From positions 1 through 53,653 of IMG/VR virus record IMGVR_UViG_3300009503_000040: a DNA stretch of 53,653 nt; one strand, written 5' to 3'. Below, piece by piece: positions 36,995-46,054 of this stretch. The notes under the pieces were generated by a model. That model saw only the letters and a program-made list of their open reading frames with translations, was not told the DNA's origin and made no database searches. Each line of letters opens with the position of its first letter. Position 1 is the first letter of the stretch. A program made the translations under genes and the position numbers. Origin of the DNA: a virus (Duplodnaviria; Caudoviricetes).

Positions 36995-37790
36995 GCGTCT
37001 TGAAATTTCTGAAATTCCTCAGTTTTGCTTCTTTCATTATCGCTAAAGTCTTTTCATCACCGAATCTGCATATTAAATTCTCAATGAATTCTCTTTCGGG
37101 AAGTGTAGGATTTCTGCCATAACTCTTGATTAATATTTCTGTTGCAGGGTCTTTGTTGTTTGGATATCCCTCATGAGGAAGAAGAGGAAAAAATTCTTTT
37201 TCTGAACTTTGCACAAATTTTTGTTCAACTTTTTCCCTTTGAGAGGGAATTTCTTTTCCTTTACTTTCCTTTACTTTACTTTCCTTTAATTTAGTTTTAT
37301 TTACTTTACTTTCCTTTACTTTACTTTGTGGGTTTTCGTCTGTAGAAACTTCCTCAAAATCCTTGCCTGCGGGGTTTTCGTCTGTAGAAACCTCAATGGG
37401 TTGTGGTTTTGGTCTGTGGAAACTCGGTTTTTTTGGTACCTCTGCCCGTCTGTTTTTATAAACATCGGCGATTCTGTCAACAAAATTCTGGCACCAAATT
37501 ACCTTATTATTTTCCCATAATTCACTGTCAATTGCTTTTAATTTTGATAACAAATTTAATATTTCATTACAGGAATTGTCGTCTAAATTTGTTTTTGCCT
37601 GTAGAAATTCCCAGTTACCTGGATTTCTACAGTCAAAAAAGTGACCTTCTGTTGAACCTAATAATTCAAGTAGTTTAAACCAAAAAGCATATCCATTATT
37701 TCCAAATTTTTTTTCCAGAATGTAGATTGTGGTCTTGTGGCTGCAATCATGTGGGAAATAATCTACCGTTGCTTTCTTAGGTCTGCTCAT
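36852..37790 (-). CDS. Replication initiator (DUF4373/Lin1244-like)
   Basis: MSRPKK..DYFPHD..GYAFWFKLLE; QSKVKESKV repeats; internal iteron-like repeats. Confidence 0.8.
   Translation of the reverse strand: MSRPKKATVDYFPHDCSHKTTIYILEKKFGNNGYAFWFKLLELLGSTEGHFFDCRNPGNWEFLQAKTNLDDNSCNEILNLLSKLKAIDSELWENNKVIWCQNFVDRIADVYKNRRAEVPKKPSFHRPKPQPIEVSTDENPAGKDFEEVSTDENPQSKVKESKVNKTKLKESKVKESKGKEIPSQREKVEQKFVQSSEKEFFPLLPHEGYPNNKDPATEILIKSYGRNPTLPEREFIENLICRFGDEKTLAIMKEAKLRNFRNFKTLEKALDENGNIREKETEYRNGVYSKYITENKLRRISEDIANDPDLKR
37250..37423. repeat. Putative origin: iteron-like 20-mers and pyrimidine-rich repeats
   Basis: GGGTTTTCGTCTGTAGAAAC at 37330 and 37372, degenerate copy at 37404; TTTACTTTACTTTCC repeats at about 37250-37327. 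Confidence 0.6.
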
Positions 37791-38419
37791 TTTATTACCG
37801 TTATTTTAATTTCTGGATGTATTATTTTAAAGATACTTTCAAATAATCTGAATTTTAATTTCCATAATTCCATTTGAACACCCTTAATTTCTACATATTC
37901 AAGTGTCCCGTCTTTATGTGTTAACACAAAATCAATGTAATAATTACATATATGAGTAAATGATTTTCCTTCTTCTTTTAATTTTAACATTGGCATATCA
38001 GTCAATACAGCTTTATTATTCTCTTCAATAACATTTATCTCAATTTTTGATTGTCTTTCCCATTCTTTAATTTCACCTGATAATTTCAATAAATCGAGTT
38101 CCTCAGCATATTTAGCTTCCCAACCGCTGTGATATTTTACACCATTATACACTGTCTTTCTATGTTTATTAAGACGTGGTTTTTTCTTAAATATTTTTTT
38201 ATAATTTTCTGCACTTATTTCTTCGGGTAATTCATCTGGACTTCTATAAAAATTAATTTTCTGGGAATCTATTCCTTTGAGACCAGAACAATGTCTGTTT
38301 TTCTGGGTATCCATTCCTTTGGAATTTATCAGATTTTTATGACCATATTTTATTTTTTCTTCATACATGTAATTATTATCTCCATTAAACAACCGAAAAA
38401 ATATCATCAGTTTGGTCAA
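37787..38419 (-). CDS. DUF1064-like PD-(D/E)XK endonuclease
   Basis: KTVYNGVKYHSGWEAKY..YYIDFV..YVEIKG; true start uncertain. Confidence 0.7.
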   Translation of the reverse strand: MTKLMIFFRLFNGDNNYMYEEKIKYGHKNLINSKGMDTQKNRHCSGLKGIDSQKINFYRSPDELPEEISAENYKKIFKKKPRLNKHRKTVYNGVKYHSGWEAKYAEELDLLKLSGEIKEWERQSKIEINVIEENNKAVLTDMPMLKLKEEGKSFTHICNYYIDFVLTHKDGTLEYVEIKGVQMELWKLKFRLFESIFKIIHPEIKITVIK

Positions 38420-38768
38420 CTTTATTTTTATAAACGAATTTAATTCTCATTTCATCAATAAATTTTATCCTTTGATATACTTCATCAATTTTACTTTTTA
38501 AATAATTTATTCCTTTTAAATAACCTTCTTCACTTTTAGGAATATAATAACCGTCATTGCAACTGCATATAACAAATTCCTTATAAACTTTTTGGTCTTC
38601 TATTATTTCGTTTATTAAATAAGCTAATCTTCTTTGAAAATCTCTTAACGATTCGTTCGGACCGGCATATTCATCATAAAAATATTTAGCAGATAACGGC
38701 TTATTTTCATTAGAATAAGTCTTCAAATGATAAAGTATATTTGTTTTTGTTAGATTATTTTTGTTCAT
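38385..38768 (-). CDS. Hypothetical wHTH-like phage protein
   Basis: ICSCNDGYYIPKSEE motif. Confidence 0.6.
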   Translation of the reverse strand: MNKNNLTKTNILYHLKTYSNENKPLSAKYFYDEYAGPNESLRDFQRRLAYLINEIIEDQKVYKEFVICSCNDGYYIPKSEEGYLKGINYLKSKIDEVYQRIKFIDEMRIKFVYKNKVDQTDDIFSVV

Positions 38769-39777
38769 AATTCATTTCCATTTCGCTTTGACGGGACAAT
38801 TTGTCTAATCTCATATTAGCTATTATTATATAATCTTGATTTAATTCAATCCCTACATAATTTCTATTTAATTTTTTCGCCATTAGTGCGGTAGTGCCGC
38901 TTCCCATGAACGGGTCCAGAATTATACCTCCTTCTGGACAACTTGCTAAAATTGGAATCTCTAAAAGTGATGATGGATAAGCAGCAAAATGGTCAACATT
39001 AATATTAAATTCTTTAGAAAACGAATGAGGTTCATAATTTATTTGCCATACCATAGGAATATTTTTCATTAATTTTGGGGATTCATTATATTGTTTTTGC
39101 ATATCCTGTTCCGAAGGAATGTATTCCCAAAAGAATAGATTCCCAGAAGAATAATCTATAGTTTTAATTGGAATGCAGACATTATTTAAATTAAAATAAT
39201 ACCGTTTATTCTTCGTGAAATGGTATAGATATTCATAACTGAGAATAAATCTATCTTTAGCAGAACAAGGAATTACTGTTCCTATTGTAGTTTTTTCCTT
39301 TTTAATCAATATTTGTTTAGCCCAAATTATTTTTTGTCTCAATATCCATCGTTGCTCATCTATCATTTTTATTGCTAATCTTTCAGGTTTAAGTAATAGA
39401 GATTTAGCAGGATAATTTTTAATTCTTGCTCTGCCAGAATAAATATTTTTCGATAGTTTATGCTTGCCAGGATTATTGCCATGACAAAATCTTTTATCTG
39501 CTCTGCCGCTGCTCGCATAAACATCACCCATATTAATCCATAATGAACCGTCTTTTTTGAGAACTCTTTTTAATTTGTTTGTTATCAATAATAATTTATT
39601 AAGATATTCTTCAAAAGAATTTTCCAATCCTATCTGTCCAGTTACATTATAATTTCTCATACTCCAGTAAGGCGGTGAAGTAATAATCATATCAATTGAC
39701 TCTTGAGGAATTTTATTTAATTCTTCAATAGTATCACCGCAGATAATTGTGTTTATTATGTTTTCTATTTTATACAT
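38755..39777 (-). CDS. Orphan beta-class N4/N6 DNA methyltransferase
   Basis: TSPPY motif IV precedes HFAAYP and LDPFMGSGTT motif I. Confidence 0.9.
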   Translation of the reverse strand: MYKIENIINTIICGDTIEELNKIPQESIDMIITSPPYWSMRNYNVTGQIGLENSFEEYLNKLLLITNKLKRVLKKDGSLWINMGDVYASSGRADKRFCHGNNPGKHKLSKNIYSGRARIKNYPAKSLLLKPERLAIKMIDEQRWILRQKIIWAKQILIKKEKTTIGTVIPCSAKDRFILSYEYLYHFTKNKRYYFNLNNVCIPIKTIDYSSGNLFFWEYIPSEQDMQKQYNESPKLMKNIPMVWQINYEPHSFSKEFNINVDHFAAYPSSLLEIPILASCPEGGIILDPFMGSGTTALMAKKLNRNYVGIELNQDYIIIANMRLDKLSRQSEMEMNYEQK

Positions 39778-39780
39778 TAA

Positions 39781-40155
39781 CTATTTGTTATCTCCTCCAA
39801 AATCGTAGGTATCATCATCATCTTCATAATCATATTTTGCTTCGAATTGTTTTCTCCAATTTTCATCTTGATATTGTTTGAGTATTGCCAATTCTCTTAC
39901 CGTTCTTTCTTCCTCAGGTTTAGCCAATATTCTCTGAACATCTTCTTCAAATCTCTTTATTTCAATAGCACTTCTTTCTCTTTTAGCAGCCATTTCTTTT
40001 GCAATTTTGTATTGTCTAACAGCTTCATCTGCCAATCTTTGGACATCTTTTCTCATTTCGTTGATTTCTTTATCAGTTATGTCTGCGTCGGTTGACTTAC
40101 AAATTTCAAAATGACAATAGTCATACGACAACATAATTTTTACTGATGCTCCCAT
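39781..40155 (-). CDS. Hypothetical protein
   Basis: 124-aa ORF with GGAGG RBS. Confidence 0.7.
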   Translation of the reverse strand: MGASVKIMLSYDYCHFEICKSTDADITDKEINEMRKDVQRLADEAVRQYKIAKEMAAKRERSAIEIKRFEEDVQRILAKPEEERTVRELAILKQYQDENWRKQFEAKYDYEDDDDTYDFGGDNK

Positions 40156-40166
40156 TTTAGTCCTCC

Positions 40167-40883
40167 TTAATTTTTATAGAGAATTAATATGTTATCAAAA
40201 CGACTTATTTCTTTACTAAATATTTTTTCTTTCTCTTCATTTTCTAATTCAATTAATTCCGGGGATTCAAGCCAAAATCTTATGCCTCCATCCGTTATAT
40301 CTGGAAATATTTCTACACGGAATGTTTTTTCTTCAAAACCTTCATAAATTGGCATTGATAAAGTGAATTCAAAACTTATATCTGCTGATAATGTTTGCTG
40401 ATAATTATTTTGAACATTCCCTTTTCTGTCATTTTCCAATTTTGCACTTATGTTTCTTTCATACTTAAAGGCTGTTAATTCTTTTAATATTTTATCACAT
40501 TCCATTTTGAATTCAAAAAATCTCCTATTCTTTCTTAAGAACTTTATTAATTCTTCATGCTGATAAATTTTATCCCAAATTCCAAATGCTTCTAAATCTG
40601 GATTTTTCTTCAATCTGCCAATTATTTCTGTCCTCTTCGGATTTTTCTCATCTACTACTAATTTAATCGAAAGTCCTCTTTTATCTACTGAAACATGACT
40701 TGTATTTGTATCCAATAATTTTCTTTTATAACGGTCTTCAAAAAAATTAGCTGGACTGTCAATATTTCCTTCATATATGAACTGAATTGGGACATCTATT
40801 TCCGGGGCTTCACCATGACGAATGATTAATTCATTGCCATTTTTAAGTTCTACATTAACCTTATATTCTTCGTTTGTTTCCAT
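40167..40883 (-). CDS. DUF2303/YfdQ-like protein
   Basis: FTLSMPIYEG..FRVEI..FWLESPEL pattern. Confidence 0.55.
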   Translation of the reverse strand: METNEEYKVNVELKNGNELIIRHGEAPEIDVPIQFIYEGNIDSPANFFEDRYKRKLLDTNTSHVSVDKRGLSIKLVVDEKNPKRTEIIGRLKKNPDLEAFGIWDKIYQHEELIKFLRKNRRFFEFKMECDKILKELTAFKYERNISAKLENDRKGNVQNNYQQTLSADISFEFTLSMPIYEGFEEKTFRVEIFPDITDGGIRFWLESPELIELENEEKEKIFSKEISRFDNILILYKN

Positions 40884-40885
40884 AA

Positions 40886-41278
40886 TTAAACTCCTTTTAA
40901 TTGTTTAAATAAATTAATTTGTCTTTCATCAGGTCTTAATGGTCTGCTGTATACTAATTCTCCTTCTTCTGTATAATATTCCATAATGCCTTCTTCTTGA
41001 TTATCAATTAAATAACAAACTGCTTTCTTTTCTCTGTAACCGTTTCTTATGTCTGTAAGATTATCTTTTATTGCTTTCTCAATTTCTTTGATTTTAATTT
41101 TGTAATCTGAACTTATATTCGAAAATTCTTCTTTAAGTGCACTTAGCTTTATTGAATTCTGAATAAATATATCTCTGCTTTTTTCTAATTGTGATTCGTC
41201 AAAAGGTATTCGAACTATTCTTTCCTCTTGAGCAATTGCCAGTGTTTTGATTTCTTCAGATGTTAATTTCTTTCTCAT
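40886..41278 (-). CDS. Conserved phage hypothetical protein
   Basis: GELVYSRPLRPDERQINLF C-terminus. Confidence 0.65.
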   Translation of the reverse strand: MRKKLTSEEIKTLAIAQEERIVRIPFDESQLEKSRDIFIQNSIKLSALKEEFSNISSDYKIKIKEIEKAIKDNLTDIRNGYREKKAVCYLIDNQEEGIMEYYTEEGELVYSRPLRPDERQINLFKQLKGV

Positions 41279-41325
41279 TTTTACTCCACTAATTTTTTTA
41301 CTATTTTAATTTTTCATCCTCATTT

Positions 41326-41754
41326 TCATGTAAAATATACCTGATTTGGTTCTGGTATAACTAATCCTTTCTCCGCCCACTCTCTTCTTATCCTCTCTAA
41401 TATCTCATTAAATTTTTTTGTATTAACTTTGCGGGAACGATTTCTGATTACTACCTCTTCACCTAATATAGTCTTCACATCAAGCCCGAAGTATCCTTTT
41501 TCTATATAGTATTCGTGCATTTCTTCAGGGGTAACTTTCTCACCGCTTGTAAGTTCTATATATTCACATATCATTGGAAGCAATACACCAAAGTAATATT
41601 TCAATTGTTCATGTGTTCTTGCAGGTCTCTCCTCATCAATTATTATATATACTTTTTTCCCTTTGAACTTTTTTAGTTCATTAACAAATGCTTCCCTGTT
41701 ATGAAGCAGCATTTTCCCGTTATTATCTATTAAAGCTTTGTATTTTATTTGCAT
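41326..41754 (-). CDS. NinB-like protein
   Basis: RTHEQLKYYFG..EEMHE..GLVIPEP. Confidence 0.6.
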   Translation of the reverse strand: MQIKYKALIDNNGKMLLHNREAFVNELKKFKGKKVYIIIDEERPARTHEQLKYYFGVLLPMICEYIELTSGEKVTPEEMHEYYIEKGYFGLDVKTILGEEVVIRNRSRKVNTKKFNEILERIRREWAEKGLVIPEPNQVYFT

Positions 41755-41779
41755 GTTTTATGTATAATTCCTTTGGAAA

Positions 41780-42988
41780 TTATTTGCTTAATAATTTTTC
41801 TTGTTCAATTAACACATTTATAATTTTATCTCTGTCACTACCGCCAAAGGCTTCAAGTCTTTCTTTATTATCTTTTTTGAATTTCCTTAACTCTGATATA
41901 TTGCTGATAAATTTTATTGCTTTAATTACTGCATCAGGATTCTCCCAATCTTCTGGACTTAATTTTTGAGTATCAATTCTTTTAGAATTAGTTTCCTTCT
42001 CTGCATTTGGGAATCCATTCCTTTGGAATTTATTTTCTTTTTCTGCTTCTTCTACTTCTACTTTTTCTATCTCTGAGAATTCATTCTTTTCTCGAAGGGC
42101 TGTGGCAGTATTATTTATATTCTCTAAATTTTGTCTTGCTTCTGGGCTATCACTTTGGGATTTATCATCTGGGAATCCATTCCTTTGGAATTTTTCAATT
42201 TCTTTTGGGAAAGCATCATTAACGCTGTGATATCCTTCTTCAATACCTTTCAATGCTCCAGATATCAAGAGAATCTTATCAATATCCCAGGTTTTTGTTT
42301 TGCCGAAATTGAGTTCTACTCTTTCAATTGGAACATTTAATCTCTCAGCTCTCTTTACTGTCATTTCCCTTGCTTTATCCAATCCATTCTTCTTTACATA
42401 TTCTTCTAATTTTTTTCTGTAACCTTCTTTTGCTTTTTTAATTCCTGCTTCAATTACATAATTAGGTATTGCATTAAGAATTACATTTCGCATTGCCTTT
42501 GAAGTCCCTATCTGAAATACAATCTCATCATTACGCTCTTTATCATAAATTGCTTTTCCATTTTTGGTTTTTAAAATCTTTTTCTTTAACAGAAATGGTC
42601 TTGATAAATTGAACCCTGTTTCAAAATCAACAAAGTCTCCTATCAATATATATTTGTCCCCGATATCAAAAGGTCTTACTTCAACTGAATTATTTCCCCA
42701 ATTTCGAGCAAGTATTAATGCTCCGTTAATTCCAACCCCTTCTATATATTTTCCGCCTTGAGGATATGAATAATAGAAATCTTCGCCTGCAAGTGCTGCT
42801 TCGCTTTCGACTCTGCTGATTATATCAGGCAGACTTCTTTTTTTTATAACCTGCACAGCTGTTTGATAACGAGTTTTTGTTTGAACCAGACCCTGCACCC
42901 TCATAAGTTCAGTTGATGAAAGAGTTTCTTCGCTTACTTCATCTATCTGAATATCTTGAATAAGTTCATTTTCAATTTGATTATTCAT
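41780..42988 (-). CDS. Putative recombination (SSAP-position) protein
   Basis: Adjacent to the exonuclease; FYYSYPQGGKYIEG..LARNWGN..SKAMRNVILNAIP; two 21-nt elements in the linker. Confidence 0.55.
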   Translation of the reverse strand: MNNQIENELIQDIQIDEVSEETLSSTELMRVQGLVQTKTRYQTAVQVIKKRSLPDIISRVESEAALAGEDFYYSYPQGGKYIEGVGINGALILARNWGNNSVEVRPFDIGDKYILIGDFVDFETGFNLSRPFLLKKKILKTKNGKAIYDKERNDEIVFQIGTSKAMRNVILNAIPNYVIEAGIKKAKEGYRKKLEEYVKKNGLDKAREMTVKRAERLNVPIERVELNFGKTKTWDIDKILLISGALKGIEEGYHSVNDAFPKEIEKFQRNGFPDDKSQSDSPEARQNLENINNTATALREKNEFSEIEKVEVEEAEKENKFQRNGFPNAEKETNSKRIDTQKLSPEDWENPDAVIKAIKFISNISELRKFKKDNKERLEAFGGSDRDKIINVLIEQEKLLSK

Positions 42989-43019
42989 TTTATTATTCCT
43001 TTTTTTATTTGTTAATTAG

Positions 43020-43793
43020 TTAATCTCTTATACTCCCGCCGTACCTTTTTTCACATACATTCCAATATTTACAATAACGCTTTGAACATAAAAAAGAATT
43101 TCTGTTTGGAATAAATATCCCTTTTTGAATTGCTTCCCCTACAGTTTGAAATATTTTTAAGAAATGTTCTTTGTCTATTGTTACAGTTATGTGTCTTATT
43201 TCAATTGTGTCTCGTTTAAGAAAATCTACTCTTGCGCCTTTTACTATTCTTCCTGTCGCTTCTTCAAGTATTGTATATGCAGAAAGCTGTCTTTGATAAT
43301 TTAATGGAACACTCCCGTTTACAATTTTGTTCGTAGTCTTATGGTCAATTAATTGATTATCAATATCATAAAGGTCTATTGTTCCCATCAAACCAAAATC
43401 ATATCCCTTAAATTTTACTTTTATCTTTTGCTCAACAGCTGAGGGTATTATTCTCGGTGAAACTTCTTTATGATATTTTTCAATTAATTTAATTCCCTGA
43501 TCTTTGATTACTCCAGGATTCTCATCCACTAAATCAATAGAATCAACTTTTTGAAATTCATCTTCGAAAGTATCAGAGAATATTTCCTTAGCTTCTTCAA
43601 CTGGGATATCTTTTTTTGTCTCCACTTTCTGTGAATAATTAACAGCAAGTGTTTTGTGAATTGATGTGCCAAATGCTAAATAAGATTTATTTGGCACTTC
43701 TATTTTTTCAATTTCCTGAAAGAAAAATTTAGCACTGCACTCTAAATATGTGTTAATCCCGGTTGGGCGCAAATATGTAATGTCTTCAGTCAT
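43020..43793 (-). CDS. Cas4-like/PD-(D/E)XK exonuclease with Fe-S cysteines
   Basis: C..FGTSIH..GTIDL..IDHKT..QLSAY..C-x4-C-x5-C; start MTEDITY with GGAG RBS. Confidence 0.8.
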   Translation of the reverse strand: MTEDITYLRPTGINTYLECSAKFFFQEIEKIEVPNKSYLAFGTSIHKTLAVNYSQKVETKKDIPVEEAKEIFSDTFEDEFQKVDSIDLVDENPGVIKDQGIKLIEKYHKEVSPRIIPSAVEQKIKVKFKGYDFGLMGTIDLYDIDNQLIDHKTTNKIVNGSVPLNYQRQLSAYTILEEATGRIVKGARVDFLKRDTIEIRHITVTIDKEHFLKIFQTVGEAIQKGIFIPNRNSFLCSKRYCKYWNVCEKRYGGSIRD

Positions 43794-43868
43794 TACATTT
43801 ACTCCTTCCAAAGGAATGTGGATATCTTCCGAAGGAATGGATATCCACATCCCCCTGGGAGATATCCA

Positions 43869-44543
43869 TTATACCACTGTTTCTTCAAATGTGAATTCAA
43901 CACCAGGAATTGTGCTTTTAGCTTCATAATCATATTTCATTCTTTCTGCTCTTATCTTTTTTTCATCAATCATCAAATATTCTCTTGGTATTTTTGTTTC
44001 ATCAATAATCTTAAAAGTTTTAGTTCTGCGGGTTGTAATTCTTGATTCATTCAACTCTGATATTTTTTTTATCTGTGGTATTACTTCTGGAATTATAGCA
44101 GGTTCATCTCTCCCTTCTGCAATTGCTTTTTCTAAAGCTTCTTCTTCTAATCGCTTTCTTTCTTCTTCGGCTTTGCGTCTTGCCTCTTCCTCTTCTTTCC
44201 TTTTGAACTGAAGTATTTCTTCTTCTAATCTTTTTTGTTCGCTTTCATATAAGGAAGGTATTCTTTTAAAGAATCCATCTATTTCAGTTTTTTTATCAAT
44301 TAAAGGCTGAACTATTTCTCTTCTTAATGATTCAATAGTTTTTGTTATTCGTTTGAAATTAGCAACATAATTTGCAGCAGCTGCAACATCCGTATATGTT
44401 ACAACTACAATTGCAGCGGATTCTTCGAGAGCCTTGTTAATCCCTTTTATCAAGTTTTGATAATCTTTATTGCTTTCGAGAAAACTTTTGATATCCATTT
44501 TCAGAATATCATTTTCTTTTAATAGTTGTATTGCATTTGTCAT
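43869..44543 (-). CDS. Coiled-coil phage protein (Gp157-like C-terminus)
   Basis: IIDETKIPREYLMIDEKKIR..IPGVEF. Confidence 0.6.
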   Translation of the reverse strand: MTNAIQLLKENDILKMDIKSFLESNKDYQNLIKGINKALEESAAIVVVTYTDVAAAANYVANFKRITKTIESLRREIVQPLIDKKTEIDGFFKRIPSLYESEQKRLEEEILQFKRKEEEEARRKAEEERKRLEEEALEKAIAEGRDEPAIIPEVIPQIKKISELNESRITTRRTKTFKIIDETKIPREYLMIDEKKIRAERMKYDYEAKSTIPGVEFTFEETVV

Positions 44544-44566
44544 TTCAGCTCCTTTTTGTTTGTTTG

Positions 44567-44773
44567 TTAATTAATTTCGGAAGTAAACGAATTTATTTTT
44601 TCCATAGCTTTAGATTTTTTTAATCTCTCACTTAAAACAATAGATGTTATAATTAATCTTACTAATGCTCTTTCTTCATCATTTAATATCCCATGATATT
44701 TTTCATATTCTTTTAATCTGCGTTCAATAATCGGTTGAATTACATCTCTTAAACTTCTATTTGTTGTTGTCAT
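44567..44773 (-). CDS. Hypothetical protein
   Basis: Coupled ORF in the early operon. Confidence 0.55.
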   Translation of the reverse strand: MTTTNRSLRDVIQPIIERRLKEYEKYHGILNDEERALVRLIITSIVLSERLKKSKAMEKINSFTSEIN

Positions 44774-45024
44774 TTTTGTATCCTCTCTAATACTTTGTCA
44801 AATAAATATTCTAAGTATCTAATTTGTGCTTCAGAGAGTTTTATGCCTCTTTTTACTAAAGAGGCAATATTGTTTATAAAGGTTTCATGCTTTTCATTCT
44901 TATCTATCAATCTTAATTCATCAATATTTTCTATTATGTAATTTATTTTATAACATACTGCCTGCTTAATTGCATCATTATTAAGAAGTTCTTTCCCGCT
45001 TAAATTTGTATTCGAATAATTCAT
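44770..45024 (-). CDS. Hypothetical protein
   Basis: LSEAQIRYL motif; AAGGA RBS. Confidence 0.6.
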   Translation of the reverse strand: MNYSNTNLSGKELLNNDAIKQAVCYKINYIIENIDELRLIDKNEKHETFINNIASLVKRGIKLSEAQIRYLEYLFDKVLERIQK

Positions 45025-45111
45025 ACTGTATCCTTTTTTAATTAGCCCCTATGGAGTGAGGGCAGCCCCCATAGAGGCCGGTATGCTGCTTACTGTTGTA
45101 AGCAAAAATCA

Positions 45112-45426
45112 TTATAACCGCAGTAAATTTTCTTCATAAATTTTTTCTTTGATATACTTATCTAACTCTCGTCCATGCCCATGCCCAATCATATCAACTA
45201 ATGTATTTAACAAATTCTCTTTATTATGCCAGGTATCATTTATCCCTTGACATATTGCTCTCCAGAATTCTGGGTCATCAAATGCATTTTCAATCAGCCA
45301 TTGCTTTGCTATTTCAAATGCTCTGTGCGAAGATAATTCTTTGATTATTTCACGAGTTTCATCTTCTTGATAGTCTTCTATGCTTTCTCCATGCGTTTCC
45401 ATCCAAGTTCTTAATTCATCTCTCAT
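45112..45426 (-). CDS. Hypothetical protein
   Basis: GGAGGG RBS. Confidence 0.65.
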   Translation of the reverse strand: MRDELRTWMETHGESIEDYQEDETREIIKELSSHRAFEIAKQWLIENAFDDPEFWRAICQGINDTWHNKENLLNTLVDMIGHGHGRELDKYIKEKIYEENLLRL

Positions 45427-45458
45427 ATTCCCTCCTTGATTTTTATTATTACGAGCAT

Positions 45459-45656
45459 TTATATCTTTAGATTATCAATAATTTTTTTAAGCATTATATC
45501 ACATATAATAATTACAGTTGAACATGCCACACCAAAAATTATTGCTGCTGTTGTTTCATTATATCCGATGAAAATTCCTGTTAGAAATGCTGATATAATT
45601 GCCGCTGCAATCCATATATGAATTTTATTAAGCAAATACAAAGCATCTTTAATCAT
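45459..45656 (-). CDS. Small membrane protein
   Basis: Two TM segments; ATGA overlap. Confidence 0.55.
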   Translation of the reverse strand: MIKDALYLLNKIHIWIAAAIISAFLTGIFIGYNETTAAIIFGVACSTVIIICDIMLKKIIDNLKI

Positions 45657-46039
45657 AAAACCCCCTTGTTTTTGGGAAAAGAAAAAATTCTTCTTGCTAT
45701 TTCTTCTGCTGTTTCTATTCCTTCTAAATCTTCTTTTGTCCTTGTCGATCTTTTATTCTGATATTCAATCACATCACTAATTCTGAATTTGTATCTCTTT
45801 TCTCTGTTCTTGCCTCTGTAAATAATTGCTCTTAATCTTCCTGCTCTTATTTCATTTTTTATAAAATCAGTTGATTTATGAAGCAGTCTTGAAAGTCTGT
45901 GCAGTGATATTTCTTCTATACTTTCATAAACTTGCTTTTCCGCAATTTCATTTATTTTTCTTTCAAGATTTTCCAGTTTCTCAAGTATTAATCTTTCTGC
46001 TTGTGTAGCAATGATTTTATTTTCTTTATTCAACGACAT
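45653..46039 (-). CDS. Excisionase-like HTH protein
   Basis: ISLHRLSRLL..IKNEIRAGRLRA..YKFRISDV. Confidence 0.6.
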   Translation of the reverse strand: MSLNKENKIIATQAERLILEKLENLERKINEIAEKQVYESIEEISLHRLSRLLHKSTDFIKNEIRAGRLRAIIYRGKNREKRYKFRISDVIEYQNKRSTRTKEDLEGIETAEEIARRIFSFPKNKGVL

Positions 46040-46054
46040 TCTTTTCTCTGACTC

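Larger units (their letters stand above)
4595..43868. repeat. Dispersed 21-nt element family TTCCRAAGGAATGGATTCCCA (span of the main copies)
   Basis: + copies at 4595, 8240, 8965, 9872, 31095, 39109; - copies at 5569, 7196, 9202, 10383, 12888, 38304, 42008, 42170; composites at 10621-10654, 27057-27139, 43806-43868. Confidence 0.95.

Noticed and set aside
32021-41778. Partial motif matches at 32021, 36147, 36412 and 41767
   Set aside because: Only 12-16 nt; probably decayed copies, but not counted as full elements
43794-43850. N-terminal extension MWISIPSEDIHIPLEG of the nuclease
   Set aside because: It is the translation of the composite repeat; a better RBS and ATG lie at 43793
4595-43868. 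CRISPR array made of the 21-nt repeats, with the Cas4-like gene
   Set aside because: Copies are dispersed, in both orientations and without regular spacers; no cas1/cas2 or effector genes
4595-43868. Stoperator-like repressor sites
   Set aside because: Stoperators are polar relative to transcription; these occur in both orientations within one gene, look like insertions and are absent from the cI/cro intergenic region. Not fully excluded.
1383-45621. Numerous + strand ORFs of 60-180 aa
   Set aside because: Antisense shadows of long minus-strand genes, with no RBS or motifs
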